Part shown: one piece after another, positions 1 through 12,472 of the stretch
Layout: each line of letters opens with the position of its first letter
Numbering within the stretch: the stretch's first letter is position 1
Assembly: GCA_040881685.1 (NCBI GenBank)
Contig: JBBECS010000015.1
Location: forward strand, 3,736 to 67,735
DNA: 64,000 nt
Reading direction: 5' to 3'
From: Acidimicrobiia bacterium
Lineage (GTDB): Bacteria; Actinomycetota; Acidimicrobiia; IMCC26256; PALSA-555
Notes under the pieces: model-generated
Seen by the model: only the letters and a program-made list of their open reading frames with translations
Told to the model about the DNA's origin: nothing
Databases searched by the model: none
Translations under genes and position numbers: made by a program

Positions 1-47
1 TCACGCACGAGGTAGCTGTCCTCCGCCACCACCACACGGATGGGCAT
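1..47 (-). CDS. response regulator, N-terminal fragment (partial, continues off the left edge)
   Basis: Minus-strand ATG at 47-45. Translation MPIRVVVAEDSYLVR looks like the start of a NarL/LuxR-type receiver domain. Only 15 codons are visible. Confidence 0.4.
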   Translation of the reverse strand, partial: MPIRVVVAEDSYLVR

Positions 48-54
48 TTCCGGA

Positions 55-150
55 GGCTACCGACCGCGGCGCAGGCACCGTGCGCCGCAGGTAGCCGTTC
101 GCCGAAGTGGAGCGGAGCGGCCCGGCGCGAAGCGCCGAGAGCGGGAAGAG
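55..150 (+). repeat. structured repeat copy D (long hairpin 55-96, then GAGCGG / CGGCGC-GAA-GCGCCG / GAGCGGGAAG)
   Basis: GGCTACC(55-61) pairs with GGTAGCC(90-96), and GCGGCGCA(66-73) pairs with TGCGCCGC(81-88). The 30-nt core 115-144 is identical to 27080-27109. The element ends about 20 nt before the GTG at 173. Confidence 0.75.
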
Positions 151-172
151 TGGGACGCTAGCGTTCACGCCC

Positions 173-2020
173 GTGAAGGCACTTCGTCTCGTCGCGGTCT
201 CGTTCGTCGTCGCCGGCTCGGTGCTCGTCTGTGCCGGGACCGCCAGCGCGGGTTCGAGCGAGGGGATCCGCAACTACGAGGTCGAGATCAAGATCGAACC
301 CACCGGCGCACTGCTGATCACCGAGACGATCGACTACGACTTCGGCGACTTCGCCGTCGACCGTCACGGAATCTTCCGCGACATCCCGGTGCGCTTCGAC
401 TACCCGAAGAAGGACAACACCGACCGGGTCTACGAGATCGAGGTTGTCTCGGTCTCAGGGTCGGAGGGGACACCCGACCAGTACGAGACCTCCGAGTTCA
501 CCGAGGGCAGCGTCGGGTTCTTCGAGATCAAGATCGGCGACGCCAACACGACGATCGAAGGCGAGCACACCTACGAGATCGTGTACCGGGTCAAGGGTGC
601 ACTCAACGGGTTCAGGGACCACGACGAGCTCTACTGGAATGCGATCGGCGACCAGTGGGGGGTGATCGTCGATCACGCCGTGGCCACGGTCGACGCACCC
701 GCCGACATCACGGCGATTCGTTGCTTCCAAGGCGCGTACAGCTCGACGGCGGAGTGCGAGCGGTCCTCCAGCGACGGCTCGACGGCGTCGTTCGCCGAGA
801 CCGACCTGTTCCCGTTCAACGCGATGACCGTGGTGATCGCACTTCCGAAGGGCGCGGTTCCGAACCCGAACAAGCAGCGGATCTTCGAAGAACGGTGGAC
901 GGTCGGGAAGGCGTTCGACCTCACGCCCACCACGGGCGGCCTCGCCGGTGGTCTGTTCCTGGCCGGCGTCGGTGGCTACGTGCTCGCGTTCCAGCGCTTC
1001 GGGCGCGATCGCCGCTACAAGGGCGGCGCCGTCGACCACGCCTTCGGCACCGAGGGCGGTCCCGACGAGGTCACCCCGTTGTTCGGTGCCGACGCGGAGA
1101 CCCCGGTGGAGTTTGTGCCGCTCGACGACCTGGGGCCCGGGCAGGTCGGGACGCTCGTCGACTTCCATGCCAACCCGCTCGACGTCACCGCGACCATCGT
1201 CGACCTCGCGGTGCGCAAGTACCTCCTGATCGAAGAGGTACCCACCGAGTCGAAGTGGCTCAAGAACGACTGGAAGCTCACGCGACTCAAGAAGTCCGAT
1301 GAGGACCTCAAAGACTACGAGAAAGCGCTCCTGCAGGGTCTCTTCCAGGGGCGCGACGACGGCGACGTCGAGCTCTCGGAGCTCAAGTACAAGTTCGCGG
1401 CCCGCATGCAGAAGGTGCAGGCCGCGCTGGACAAGGATGCCAAGGACCAGGGCTGGTTCATCAAGGACCCGAGCAAGGCGTGCGTGAGCATCGGCTGCCT
1501 CGGGATGGTGGTCGAGCTTGTCGGCATCGCGGTCACCGGGGTGCTGGCAGCCTTCACCAACCTGGGGTTGCTCGGGATCCCGATCATCATCCTCGGACTC
1601 ATCATCATGTTCAGTGGCGCCTGGGCACCGGCGCGCAGCGCGAAGGGGTCGGCGATCCTGCGCCGTGTGCACGGCTTCCGTCGGTTCATCGAGGAGTCCG
1701 AGAAGCCGCGCGCAGAGTTCGCCGAGAAGAAAAACCTCTTCTCTGAGTACCTCCCGTACGCCATCGTGTTCGGCGCGGTCGACAAGTGGGCCCGCACGTT
1801 CCAAGCGCTCGCGGGCGAGCCGCCCGACACGTCGTACTGGTACCGGTCGACCACACCCTTCGAGTACGTAGCGTTCTCGAGTGCCATCAACGGGTTCACC
1901 ACGACGACCGCGGGCACGCTCACGTCGAGTCCACCCTCCACATCGGGATCCAGCGGGTTCAGCGGCGGTGGTGGCTTCTCCGGTGGTGGCGGTGGCGGCG
2001 GCGGCGGAGGCTCCTGGTAA
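173..2020 (+). CDS. DUF2207-like membrane protein with Gly-rich C-terminus
   Basis: ORF 107..2020. A GTG at 173 gives MKALRLVAVSFVVAGSVLVCAGTASA, a signal-peptide-like N-terminus. The N-terminal domain reads YEVEIKIEPTGALLITETIDYDF..GIFRDIP. TM helices follow, then the tail SGFSGGGGFSGGGGGGGGGGSW. The start could also be the GTG at 107, which reads through the repeat. Confidence 0.8.
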   Translation: MKALRLVAVSFVVAGSVLVCAGTASAGSSEGIRNYEVEIKIEPTGALLITETIDYDFGDFAVDRHGIFRDIPVRFDYPKKDNTDRVYEIEVVSVSGSEGTPDQYETSEFTEGSVGFFEIKIGDANTTIEGEHTYEIVYRVKGALNGFRDHDELYWNAIGDQWGVIVDHAVATVDAPADITAIRCFQGAYSSTAECERSSSDGSTASFAETDLFPFNAMTVVIALPKGAVPNPNKQRIFEERWTVGKAFDLTPTTGGLAGGLFLAGVGGYVLAFQRFGRDRRYKGGAVDHAFGTEGGPDEVTPLFGADAETPVEFVPLDDLGPGQVGTLVDFHANPLDVTATIVDLAVRKYLLIEEVPTESKWLKNDWKLTRLKKSDEDLKDYEKALLQGLFQGRDDGDVELSELKYKFAARMQKVQAALDKDAKDQGWFIKDPSKACVSIGCLGMVVELVGIAVTGVLAAFTNLGLLGIPIIILGLIIMFSGAWAPARSAKGSAILRRVHGFRRFIEESEKPRAEFAEKKNLFSEYLPYAIVFGAVDKWARTFQALAGEPPDTSYWYRSTTPFEYVAFSSAINGFTTTTAGTLTSSPPSTSGSSGFSGGGGFSGGGGGGGGGGSW

Positions 2021-3165
2021 TGGCCGGTCCGCTCGCGGGAGTGAAGATCGTCGAGCTGGTTGGCATCGGCCCGGGCCCGTTCGCCGCGATGTTGTTGGCC
2101 GACATGGGTGCCGAGGTCGTGCGCGTGCACCGCACGGAGTCGGTGGCGCGGGGCTTCGATCCCGGTGGCGTGCCGGTGCTCGATCGCAATCGCCGCTCTA
2201 TCGGGGTCGACCTGAAGAACCCCGACGGCATCGAGACCGTGCTGCGACTCGTCGAGCAGGCCGACGCGCTCATCGAGGGGTTCCGTCCCGGCGTCACCGA
2301 GCGCCTCGGCGTGGGCCCCGACGATTGCATGGCGCGCAACCCCCGCCTCGTCTACGGCCGCATGACGGGTTGGGGCCAAGACGGCCCGATGGCCAACGCC
2401 GCCGGCCACGACATCAACTACATCTCGCTTGCCGGCGCTCTCGCACACTTCGGCCGTGAGGGCCAGAAGCCCACGCCGCCGATCAACCTCATCGGCGACT
2501 TCGGTGGGGGCGGCATGTTCCTCGCGTTTGGAACCGTCTGTGGAGTGCTGGAGGCGCGCGGGTCAGGCAAGGGTCAGGTGGTGGACGCGGCCATGGTCGA
2601 TGGTTCGGCCGTGCTCATGTCGATGATCTGGGGCTTCCGCGTGATGAACGCGTTCGACGAGGAGAACCGCGGCACCAACGTGCTCGACACCGGCTGCCCG
2701 TTCTACGACTCGTACGAGACCAAGGACGGCAAGCTCATCTCGCTCGGTTCACTCGAACCGCAGTTCTACGCCGAGCTGATGGAGAAGACGGGCCTCGCAT
2801 CCGAGGATCTCGGCGAGCAGATGGACCGCGACAAGTGGCCGAAGCTCCGCGAACGGTTCACCGAGCTGTTCAAGACCAAGACGCGCGACGAGTGGAACGC
2901 GATCCTCGAAGGCAGCGACGCGTGCTACTCGCCAGTGCTCACCATGACGGAGGCTGCGCAGCACCCGCACATCAAGGCGCGCGACACCGTCGTCGACTTC
3001 GAGGGGATCCTCCAGCCCGCACCGGCGCCGCGCTTCTCGCGCACAAAACCCGAGATCACCCGGAGTGCGGCGAAACCCGGGGAGCACACCGACGAGGTGC
3101 TCACCGAGTGGGGCTTCACCGGAGACGAGCTCGCCAAGCTCCGGGACGCCGGGGCGATCGCCTGA
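2020..3165 (+). CDS. mcr: alpha-methylacyl-CoA racemase (family III CoA-transferase)
   Basis: The ATG at 2020 overlaps the upstream TAA. MAGPLAGVKIVELVGIGPGPFAAMLLADMGAEVVRVHR, GHDINYISLAG, GKGQVVDAAMVDG and LEPQFYAELMEKTGL align along the whole length with AMACR/Mcr as I remember them. Confidence 0.85.
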   Translation: MAGPLAGVKIVELVGIGPGPFAAMLLADMGAEVVRVHRTESVARGFDPGGVPVLDRNRRSIGVDLKNPDGIETVLRLVEQADALIEGFRPGVTERLGVGPDDCMARNPRLVYGRMTGWGQDGPMANAAGHDINYISLAGALAHFGREGQKPTPPINLIGDFGGGGMFLAFGTVCGVLEARGSGKGQVVDAAMVDGSAVLMSMIWGFRVMNAFDEENRGTNVLDTGCPFYDSYETKDGKLISLGSLEPQFYAELMEKTGLASEDLGEQMDRDKWPKLRERFTELFKTKTRDEWNAILEGSDACYSPVLTMTEAAQHPHIKARDTVVDFEGILQPAPAPRFSRTKPEITRSAAKPGEHTDEVLTEWGFTGDELAKLRDAGAIA

Positions 3166-3216
3166 ACCGCTCGTCAAGCGCGAGTTCGGTTCAAACTCCT
3201 CTTGACGCTGATCGAA

Positions 3217-3233
3217 AGCGGCGTGTCACGCCG
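3217..3233. terminator. GC hairpin between convergent mcr and the HNH gene
   Basis: GCGGCGTG-T-CACGCCGC is a perfect 8-bp inverted repeat spanning the HNH gene stop codon. There is no U-tract. Confidence 0.3.
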
Positions 3234-4398
3234 CGCTGCTATGGGGTGGCGCCCGTAGGGACCAGGTGCTGTCGGTGTTGTCGATGACCTCGTAGCCGCG
3301 GTGGGTGATGAGGTCGTGGTGTTCGGGGCACACGTCGCCGAGGACCCGGTAGCTGGTGATTCGGTTGTCGGCGTAGCCGAGGGTGTGGTGGCGTTCGGTG
3401 GCGCGAGTGTGGTCGCAGTCGCGGATCTTGCAGACGCCGCCGTCACGTTCGTCGATGGCGATTTTCAACGCCTTGGGGACGTGACGGGTCGTGCTCACGA
3501 CGCTCTGGACGTCGACACCGTCGGTGATCACCAGCTCCAATAAGCCGTGCGACAGCACCTCTCGGGCGTAGTCGACGGGGACGGGCCCGACGCCGGGGAT
3601 CTCGCAGACGTCTTCGACCCCGTCGGCGGGACGGTCGAGGAGCTTGTCGAGGCCGACGCGTACGCGCACCACGGGCTTCGTGCTCGCCGGGACCTGCGCG
3701 CCGCGGGCCAGGGCGACGAGCGCGTCGAATCTGTACGCGGCCAGGGGTTGGTGCTCTCCCGTCTTCCGGGCGGCTTCGAAGGCTGCGCGGGCGAGTGGTT
3801 CGAGTGCTTCGAAGAGATCGGTGACCTCTTCGGTAGGACCCGAGAACGAGCCGTGGGTCGCGAAGCCGCGGGCCCAGCCGGCCAGGTGGCGTTCGTCGCG
3901 GGCGATCTTGCGGAGACGGTCCTCGTCGGACGCTGCCGTCACCACACGTTCCTTTGCTGCTCGAAGCTCCCGGAAGCCACGCTTGGTGGCTCGCAGCATC
4001 CGGCCTTCTGATGCAGGGTCGACCGACGCGGCTGCGGTGACCTGCGCCGCCTGCGCCAATGACACTTCCCCGGCGCGCAGCTTCTCGGCAGTTGTCGGGA
4101 GGTCGACCAGGCGATCGGCGGTGGTGAGCGTCTCGCGGGCGGCGTGCTCCGACGTACCGGTCACGTTGGCGAACCACTGCTCCGGCGACACCGCGTGTGA
4201 TGCGTTGCGCCAGGCGCCGGTGTCGACCGCGCGCTTGGCATGCAGCATCGTAATCGTCTGGGCGATCTTGACGATGTCGGCACTGACCTGCGCACACGAG
4301 ACCGCGTCCGCGCCTGCGTAGCAATCGGCATCAAGTGTCGCCGAGTACTCCTGCAGTCCGTCGCGGATGTCGACCAACGCGCTCATGACGTGCAGCAT
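3226..4398 (-). CDS. DUF222 + HNH endonuclease domain protein (REP13E12-like)
   Basis: The N-terminal helical region reads LHAKRAVDTGAWR..AERLVDLPTTAEKLRAGEVSLAQAAQV. The C-terminal HNH region reads CKIRDCDHTRATERHHTLGYADN...CPEHHDLITH. The alternative start ATG is at 4386. Confidence 0.85.
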   Translation of the reverse strand: MLHVMSALVDIRDGLQEYSATLDADCYAGADAVSCAQVSADIVKIAQTITMLHAKRAVDTGAWRNASHAVSPEQWFANVTGTSEHAARETLTTADRLVDLPTTAEKLRAGEVSLAQAAQVTAAASVDPASEGRMLRATKRGFRELRAAKERVVTAASDEDRLRKIARDERHLAGWARGFATHGSFSGPTEEVTDLFEALEPLARAAFEAARKTGEHQPLAAYRFDALVALARGAQVPASTKPVVRVRVGLDKLLDRPADGVEDVCEIPGVGPVPVDYAREVLSHGLLELVITDGVDVQSVVSTTRHVPKALKIAIDERDGGVCKIRDCDHTRATERHHTLGYADNRITSYRVLGDVCPEHHDLITHRGYEVIDNTDSTWSLRAPPHSSAA

Positions 4399-4429
4399 GG
4401 CAGGGGGGTGTGACAGTCAAGCCGCCTGT

Positions 4430-4478
4430 CAAGGAGAAATCTTGAGAAATCTCGAAAATCTCAAAGAAGATCTTCGAC
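4430..4478. promoter_or_regulatory. AT-rich island with nested inverted repeats upstream of the HNH gene
   Basis: GGAGAAATCTTGAGAAATCTCGAAAATCTCAAAGAAGATCTTCGA contains TTGAGA..TCTCAA and the 10-nt palindrome GAAGATCTTC. It is strikingly low-GC for this window and lies 32-80 nt upstream of the start at 4398. Confidence 0.3.
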
Positions 4479-4542
4479 GTGAGCATTTGCGGCGCGAGCG
4501 TTCACTCTCGGCGTGGACACTCCGGAGCAAGTGCGCGCATCG

Positions 4543-5673
4543 TCAACGCGAACGCGCACCCTCCACGAGCTCCCTCACCGCGAGCAACATCGCGTCGCGC
4601 GCATCGGGAGCGTCCGCGACCACCGTGATGTGTCCCAACTTCCGCCCTGCACGCGGTTTCTTCTGGTAATCGTGGAGCACTGCGGCGCCGACGCGCGCAA
4701 CCGCGGCAGCGTCGGACATCGTGCCGATGCAGTTGACCATCCCCGCGTACCCGCGCGCCTCTGTGGAGCCGAGGGGCATGCCGAGGATGGCGCGAAGGTG
4801 GTTCTCGAATTGGCTGGTGTCGGCGCCTTCGATGGTCCAATGGCCGGAGTTGTGCACTCGGGGCGCCAGCTCGTTCGCCAGGAGTCGACCGTCGTGCTCG
4901 AAGAGCTCGACCGCGAGCACGCCGACATATTCGAGGTCGTCGAGCAGGCGGTGGGCGATCGACTCGCCAGCAGCCTGGAGTGCCGGCGCCAGATCGGGCG
5001 CCGGCGCCCTGCTCTCGCGCAGGATCCCGTCCGCGTGCACGTTCTGGACGAGGGGATAGCACCGCGAGTCGCCGTCGAGGCCGCGCACAGCCAAGACGGA
5101 GAGCTCGCGCGTGAACGGGATGCGCCCTTCGAGGATCAGCGGCACGCCGCCGAGTGAGCCCCATGCCGCATCGACGTCGACCGCGTCGTTCAGTGCAAGT
5201 TGGCCCTTGCCGTCGTAGCCGCCGCGGCGCGTCTTGAGGATCGCCGGGAGGCCGATCTCGCGCACCGCCGCGTCGAGCCCGGCGCGGTCATCGATCGCCG
5301 CGTGCGGCGCCACCTCGATCCCGAGGCGTTCGAAGGTCTGCTTCTCGACCAGCCGGTCCTGGGCCACGTCGAGTGCCCGCGGGTCGGGGCGCACCGGCGC
5401 GTGCTTCGCGGCGGCGCGAGCGGCGTCGGCAGGTACGCCCTCCCACTCGTAGGTGACGACGGTCGCGCCCCGCGCCACCTCATGGACCGCGGCGAGGTCA
5501 CCGAGCTCGCCGACGACGAGGGGGCCGAGCGATCCGGCGGTGGCGTCGGCCGCCGGGTCCAGGAAACGGAAATCGATTCCGATCGGCTGGCCCGCGAGCG
5601 CGAGCATTCGACCCAGCTGTCCGCCTCCGAGCACCGAAACGACCGGGGTTTCCACGGAGGTCGTTGCTATCAT
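4543..5673 (-). CDS. purK: N5-carboxyaminoimidazole ribonucleotide synthase
   Basis: ATP-grasp protein with [15 protein letters not shown], an N-terminal glycine-rich motif of the PurK kind. The C-terminus reads [15 protein letters not shown] chose the start at the internal M ([19 protein letters not shown]) of ORF 4543..5772. Confidence 0.9.
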   Translation of the reverse strand: MIATTSVETPVVSVLGGGQLGRMLALAGQPIGIDFRFLDPAADATAGSLGPLVVGELGDLAAVHEVARGATVVTYEWEGVPADAARAAAKHAPVRPDPRALDVAQDRLVEKQTFERLGIEVAPHAAIDDRAGLDAAVREIGLPAILKTRRGGYDGKGQLALNDAVDVDAAWGSLGGVPLILEGRIPFTRELSVLAVRGLDGDSRCYPLVQNVHADGILRESRAPAPDLAPALQAAGESIAHRLLDDLEYVGVLAVELFEHDGRLLANELAPRVHNSGHWTIEGADTSQFENHLRAILGMPLGSTEARGYAGMVNCIGTMSDAAAVARVGAAVLHDYQKKPRAGRKLGHITVVADAPDARDAMLLAVRELVEGARSR

Positions 5674-5770
5674 GGGAATCGCGACAGCGCCGTCGCCGAG
5701 GCCCACCCCCGGTCCCATCACGAGCGAGGACGCTGTGCAGCACTCCACCGGCTTCGGCCGGTCCCACACC

Positions 5771-10357
<4,587 letters not shown>

Positions 10358-10365
10358 TCCAAGAC

Positions 10366-11826
10366 ATGGGTGACGTGGCGGGCTTCATCAAGTGGGGCCG
10401 GATCACGCCCATGCGGCGTCGGGTCGACGTGCGACTGAACGATTGGCACGAGGTGTACGAGCCGTTTTCGCCCGAAGAGCTCGCGAAGCAGGCCGGTCGG
10501 TGCATGGACTGCGGTATCCCGTTCTGCAACAACGGGTGCCCGCTCGGCAACCTGATCCCCGACTGGAACGACCTCGTGTACCGCGACCACTGGCGCGACG
10601 CGATCGAGCGGCTGCATGCCACGAACAACTTCCCCGAGTTCACCGGTCGCTTGTGCCCGGCGCCGTGCGAGACGTCGTGCGTGCTCGGGATCAATCAGGA
10701 CCCGGTCACGATCAAGCAGGTCGAGGTGGAGATCGTCGATCGCGCATGGGGCGAGGGCTGGATCGAGCCCGTCACGCCGTCGGTTCGAACCGGCAAGCGC
10801 GTGGCGGTTGTCGGGTCGGGTCCGGCCGGGCTCGCAGCTGCACAGCAGCTGACGCGCGCGGGGCACGACGTGGTGGTGTTCGAGCGCGCCGACCGTGTCG
10901 GCGGGTTGCTCCGCTACGGCATCCCCGAGTTCAAGCTCGAGAAGCGGCACCTCGACCGGCGCCTCGACCAGATGCGAGCCGAGGGCACGGAGTTCCGAGC
11001 CAACGCCAACGTCGGTGCCGATGGTGTGGGCGGAGTGCCGCTGAGCGAGTTGCAGGAGTTCGACGCGACGGTGCTCGCGGGCGGGGCGACGGCCTGGCGC
11101 GACCTGCCGATTCCGGGGCGAGACCTCGGCGGCATCCACCAGGCGATGGAGTTCCTGCCGATCGGCAACCGCGTGCAACAGGGCGACCTCGCCGAGCCCA
11201 CGATCACGGCCGCGGGCAAGCACGCGGTGATCATCGGTGGCGGCGACACCGGTGCCGACTGTCTGGGCACGGTGCACCGTCAGGGTGCGCGCTCAGTGCA
11301 CCAGTTCGAGATCCTGCCGCGCCCACCAGAGACCAGGGCTCCCACCAACCCGTGGCCCACGTGGTCAAACATCTTCCGTGTGTCATCGGCCCATGAAGAG
11401 GGTGGTGACCGCGTCTACAGCGTGAACACAGAGCGGTTCGAGGGCGATGAGCACGGGAACGTGCGCGCGTTGGTGGCGCATGAGGTCGAGATGGTCGACG
11501 GCCGCTTCGACAAGATCGAGGGCACTGACTTCGAGCTTCCGTGCGAGCTGGTGCTCCTGGCGATGGGGTTCGTCGGCCCCGAGCGAGCAGGTCTGCTCGA
11601 TGGTCTCGGCGTCGACCTCGACGAGCGGGGCAATGTGGCCCGCGACGCGTCGTTCATGACGAGCATCTCGGGCGTGTTCGCGTGTGGCGACATGGGCCGC
11701 GGTCAGAGCCTGATCGTTTGGGCAATCGCCGAAGGGCGGTCGTGCGCGGCCGGTGTCGATCGCTTTCTCGCCGGGGAGACCTTGCTGCCGGCGCCGATCG
11801 AGCCGAGCGCGCGTCCGCTCCTATAG
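10366..11826 (+). CDS. gltD: glutamate synthase small subunit (NADPH)
   Basis: The ATG at 10366 is 9 nt after the gltB stop. Motifs are CMDCGIPFC, CPAPCETSCVLGI and VAVVGSGPAGLAAAQQLTRAGH. Confidence 0.95.
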   Translation: MGDVAGFIKWGRITPMRRRVDVRLNDWHEVYEPFSPEELAKQAGRCMDCGIPFCNNGCPLGNLIPDWNDLVYRDHWRDAIERLHATNNFPEFTGRLCPAPCETSCVLGINQDPVTIKQVEVEIVDRAWGEGWIEPVTPSVRTGKRVAVVGSGPAGLAAAQQLTRAGHDVVVFERADRVGGLLRYGIPEFKLEKRHLDRRLDQMRAEGTEFRANANVGADGVGGVPLSELQEFDATVLAGGATAWRDLPIPGRDLGGIHQAMEFLPIGNRVQQGDLAEPTITAAGKHAVIIGGGDTGADCLGTVHRQGARSVHQFEILPRPPETRAPTNPWPTWSNIFRVSSAHEEGGDRVYSVNTERFEGDEHGNVRALVAHEVEMVDGRFDKIEGTDFELPCELVLLAMGFVGPERAGLLDGLGVDLDERGNVARDASFMTSISGVFACGDMGRGQSLIVWAIAEGRSCAAGVDRFLAGETLLPAPIEPSARPLL

Positions 11827-12387
11827 CGCACCGCCGATGACGAGGAGCGGACGGGAGTCGTAGCCGAGGACGGCGGCGACCAGGCGCTTGATCGTCCCCG
11901 ACCGTTCGCGTTCGTACGCGCGAACCGCGCGGTTGTAGCTCTTCTCATCGGCGATGAGATCCTCGGGAAAGGCCGCGTGGAAGGCCAAGACTGCGGCCGT
12001 CACGGTTTCGTTTGCGCTGAGCCGATCCGACCCGTCGATATTGGCTTCCAGTCTGCGGGCCAGCGCTTCGAGCTCGTTCGCCGTCTCGGCTTCCCTCCCG
12101 GCGTCGCTGTGCGCCGGCCCCTTGAGTGCCAGGGTGAACCAGCGGCCGAGGACGGTGTCGAGGTCCTGGGTCACGGCGCGCTCACCGGCGCCAGCGTCGT
12201 CCATCACCGAGGCCAAGGCTCGGAGAGCCTCGTAGCGCGGCTTGAGCGAGGACCGGAGCGGGGTCCAGCGCGCATCCACCTGGTCGCGCGCATCACCGAT
12301 CTTGGGACCGATCAGCGCACCGGCAGCGATCACGGCGAGGACCGCCACGACGGCGACGATCACGAGCCAGCGCACGCGTCGCCTCAT
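11821..12387 (-). CDS. LemA-like membrane protein
   Basis: It has an N-terminal TM helix (WLVIVAVVAVLAVIAAGALIG), a helical body, and the C-terminal YNRAVRAYERE...LGYDSRPLL pattern typical of LemA. It overlaps the gltD end by 6 nt (convergent). Confidence 0.65.
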   Translation of the reverse strand: MRRRVRWLVIVAVVAVLAVIAAGALIGPKIGDARDQVDARWTPLRSSLKPRYEALRALASVMDDAGAGERAVTQDLDTVLGRWFTLALKGPAHSDAGREAETANELEALARRLEANIDGSDRLSANETVTAAVLAFHAAFPEDLIADEKSYNRAVRAYERERSGTIKRLVAAVLGYDSRPLLVIGGAL

Positions 12388-12472
12388 CGGAGGTTCGACC
12401 TTATCGGCGCGGGCGGCGCGATCCGTTGATGCTTACCAACGTGGCGACGCGCGTCGCGCTACGTGGCGTGCG

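Noticed and set aside
455-1804. Long ORFs antisense to or out of frame with recognised genes. Examples: 455..1804 -, 1315..2448 -, 5498..7324 -, 9425..10351 -, 20586..21902 -, 32430..34055 -, 34061..36604 -, 36043..37875 -, 42200..44806 -, 45157..47265 -, 61284..63662 -, and the + frame ORFs 40..1302, 5200..6642, 18053..20137 and 53056..54669.
   Set aside because: They overlap genes with clear homology-type motifs on the other strand or frame. Their translations are Arg/Pro/Gly/Ala-rich and low in complexity. Stop codons are rare in every frame of such GC-rich DNA. They are treated as compositional artefacts.
5672-5674. ATG 5672 as an alternative gltB start, which would overlap the purK start codon on the opposite strand.
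   Set aside because: It would add about 33 residues of Pro/Ser/Thr-rich sequence before the conserved MLSGL...GLYDP..EHDACGV N-terminus. ATG 5771 fits GltB homologs better and leaves a normal 97-bp divergent promoter region.
10775-10795. A GGTTCGAACC string resembling a tRNA T-arm.
   Set aside because: It lies inside the gltD coding sequence (..SVRTGKR..). No acceptor, D or anticodon arms could be built around it. No tRNA was found anywhere in the window.
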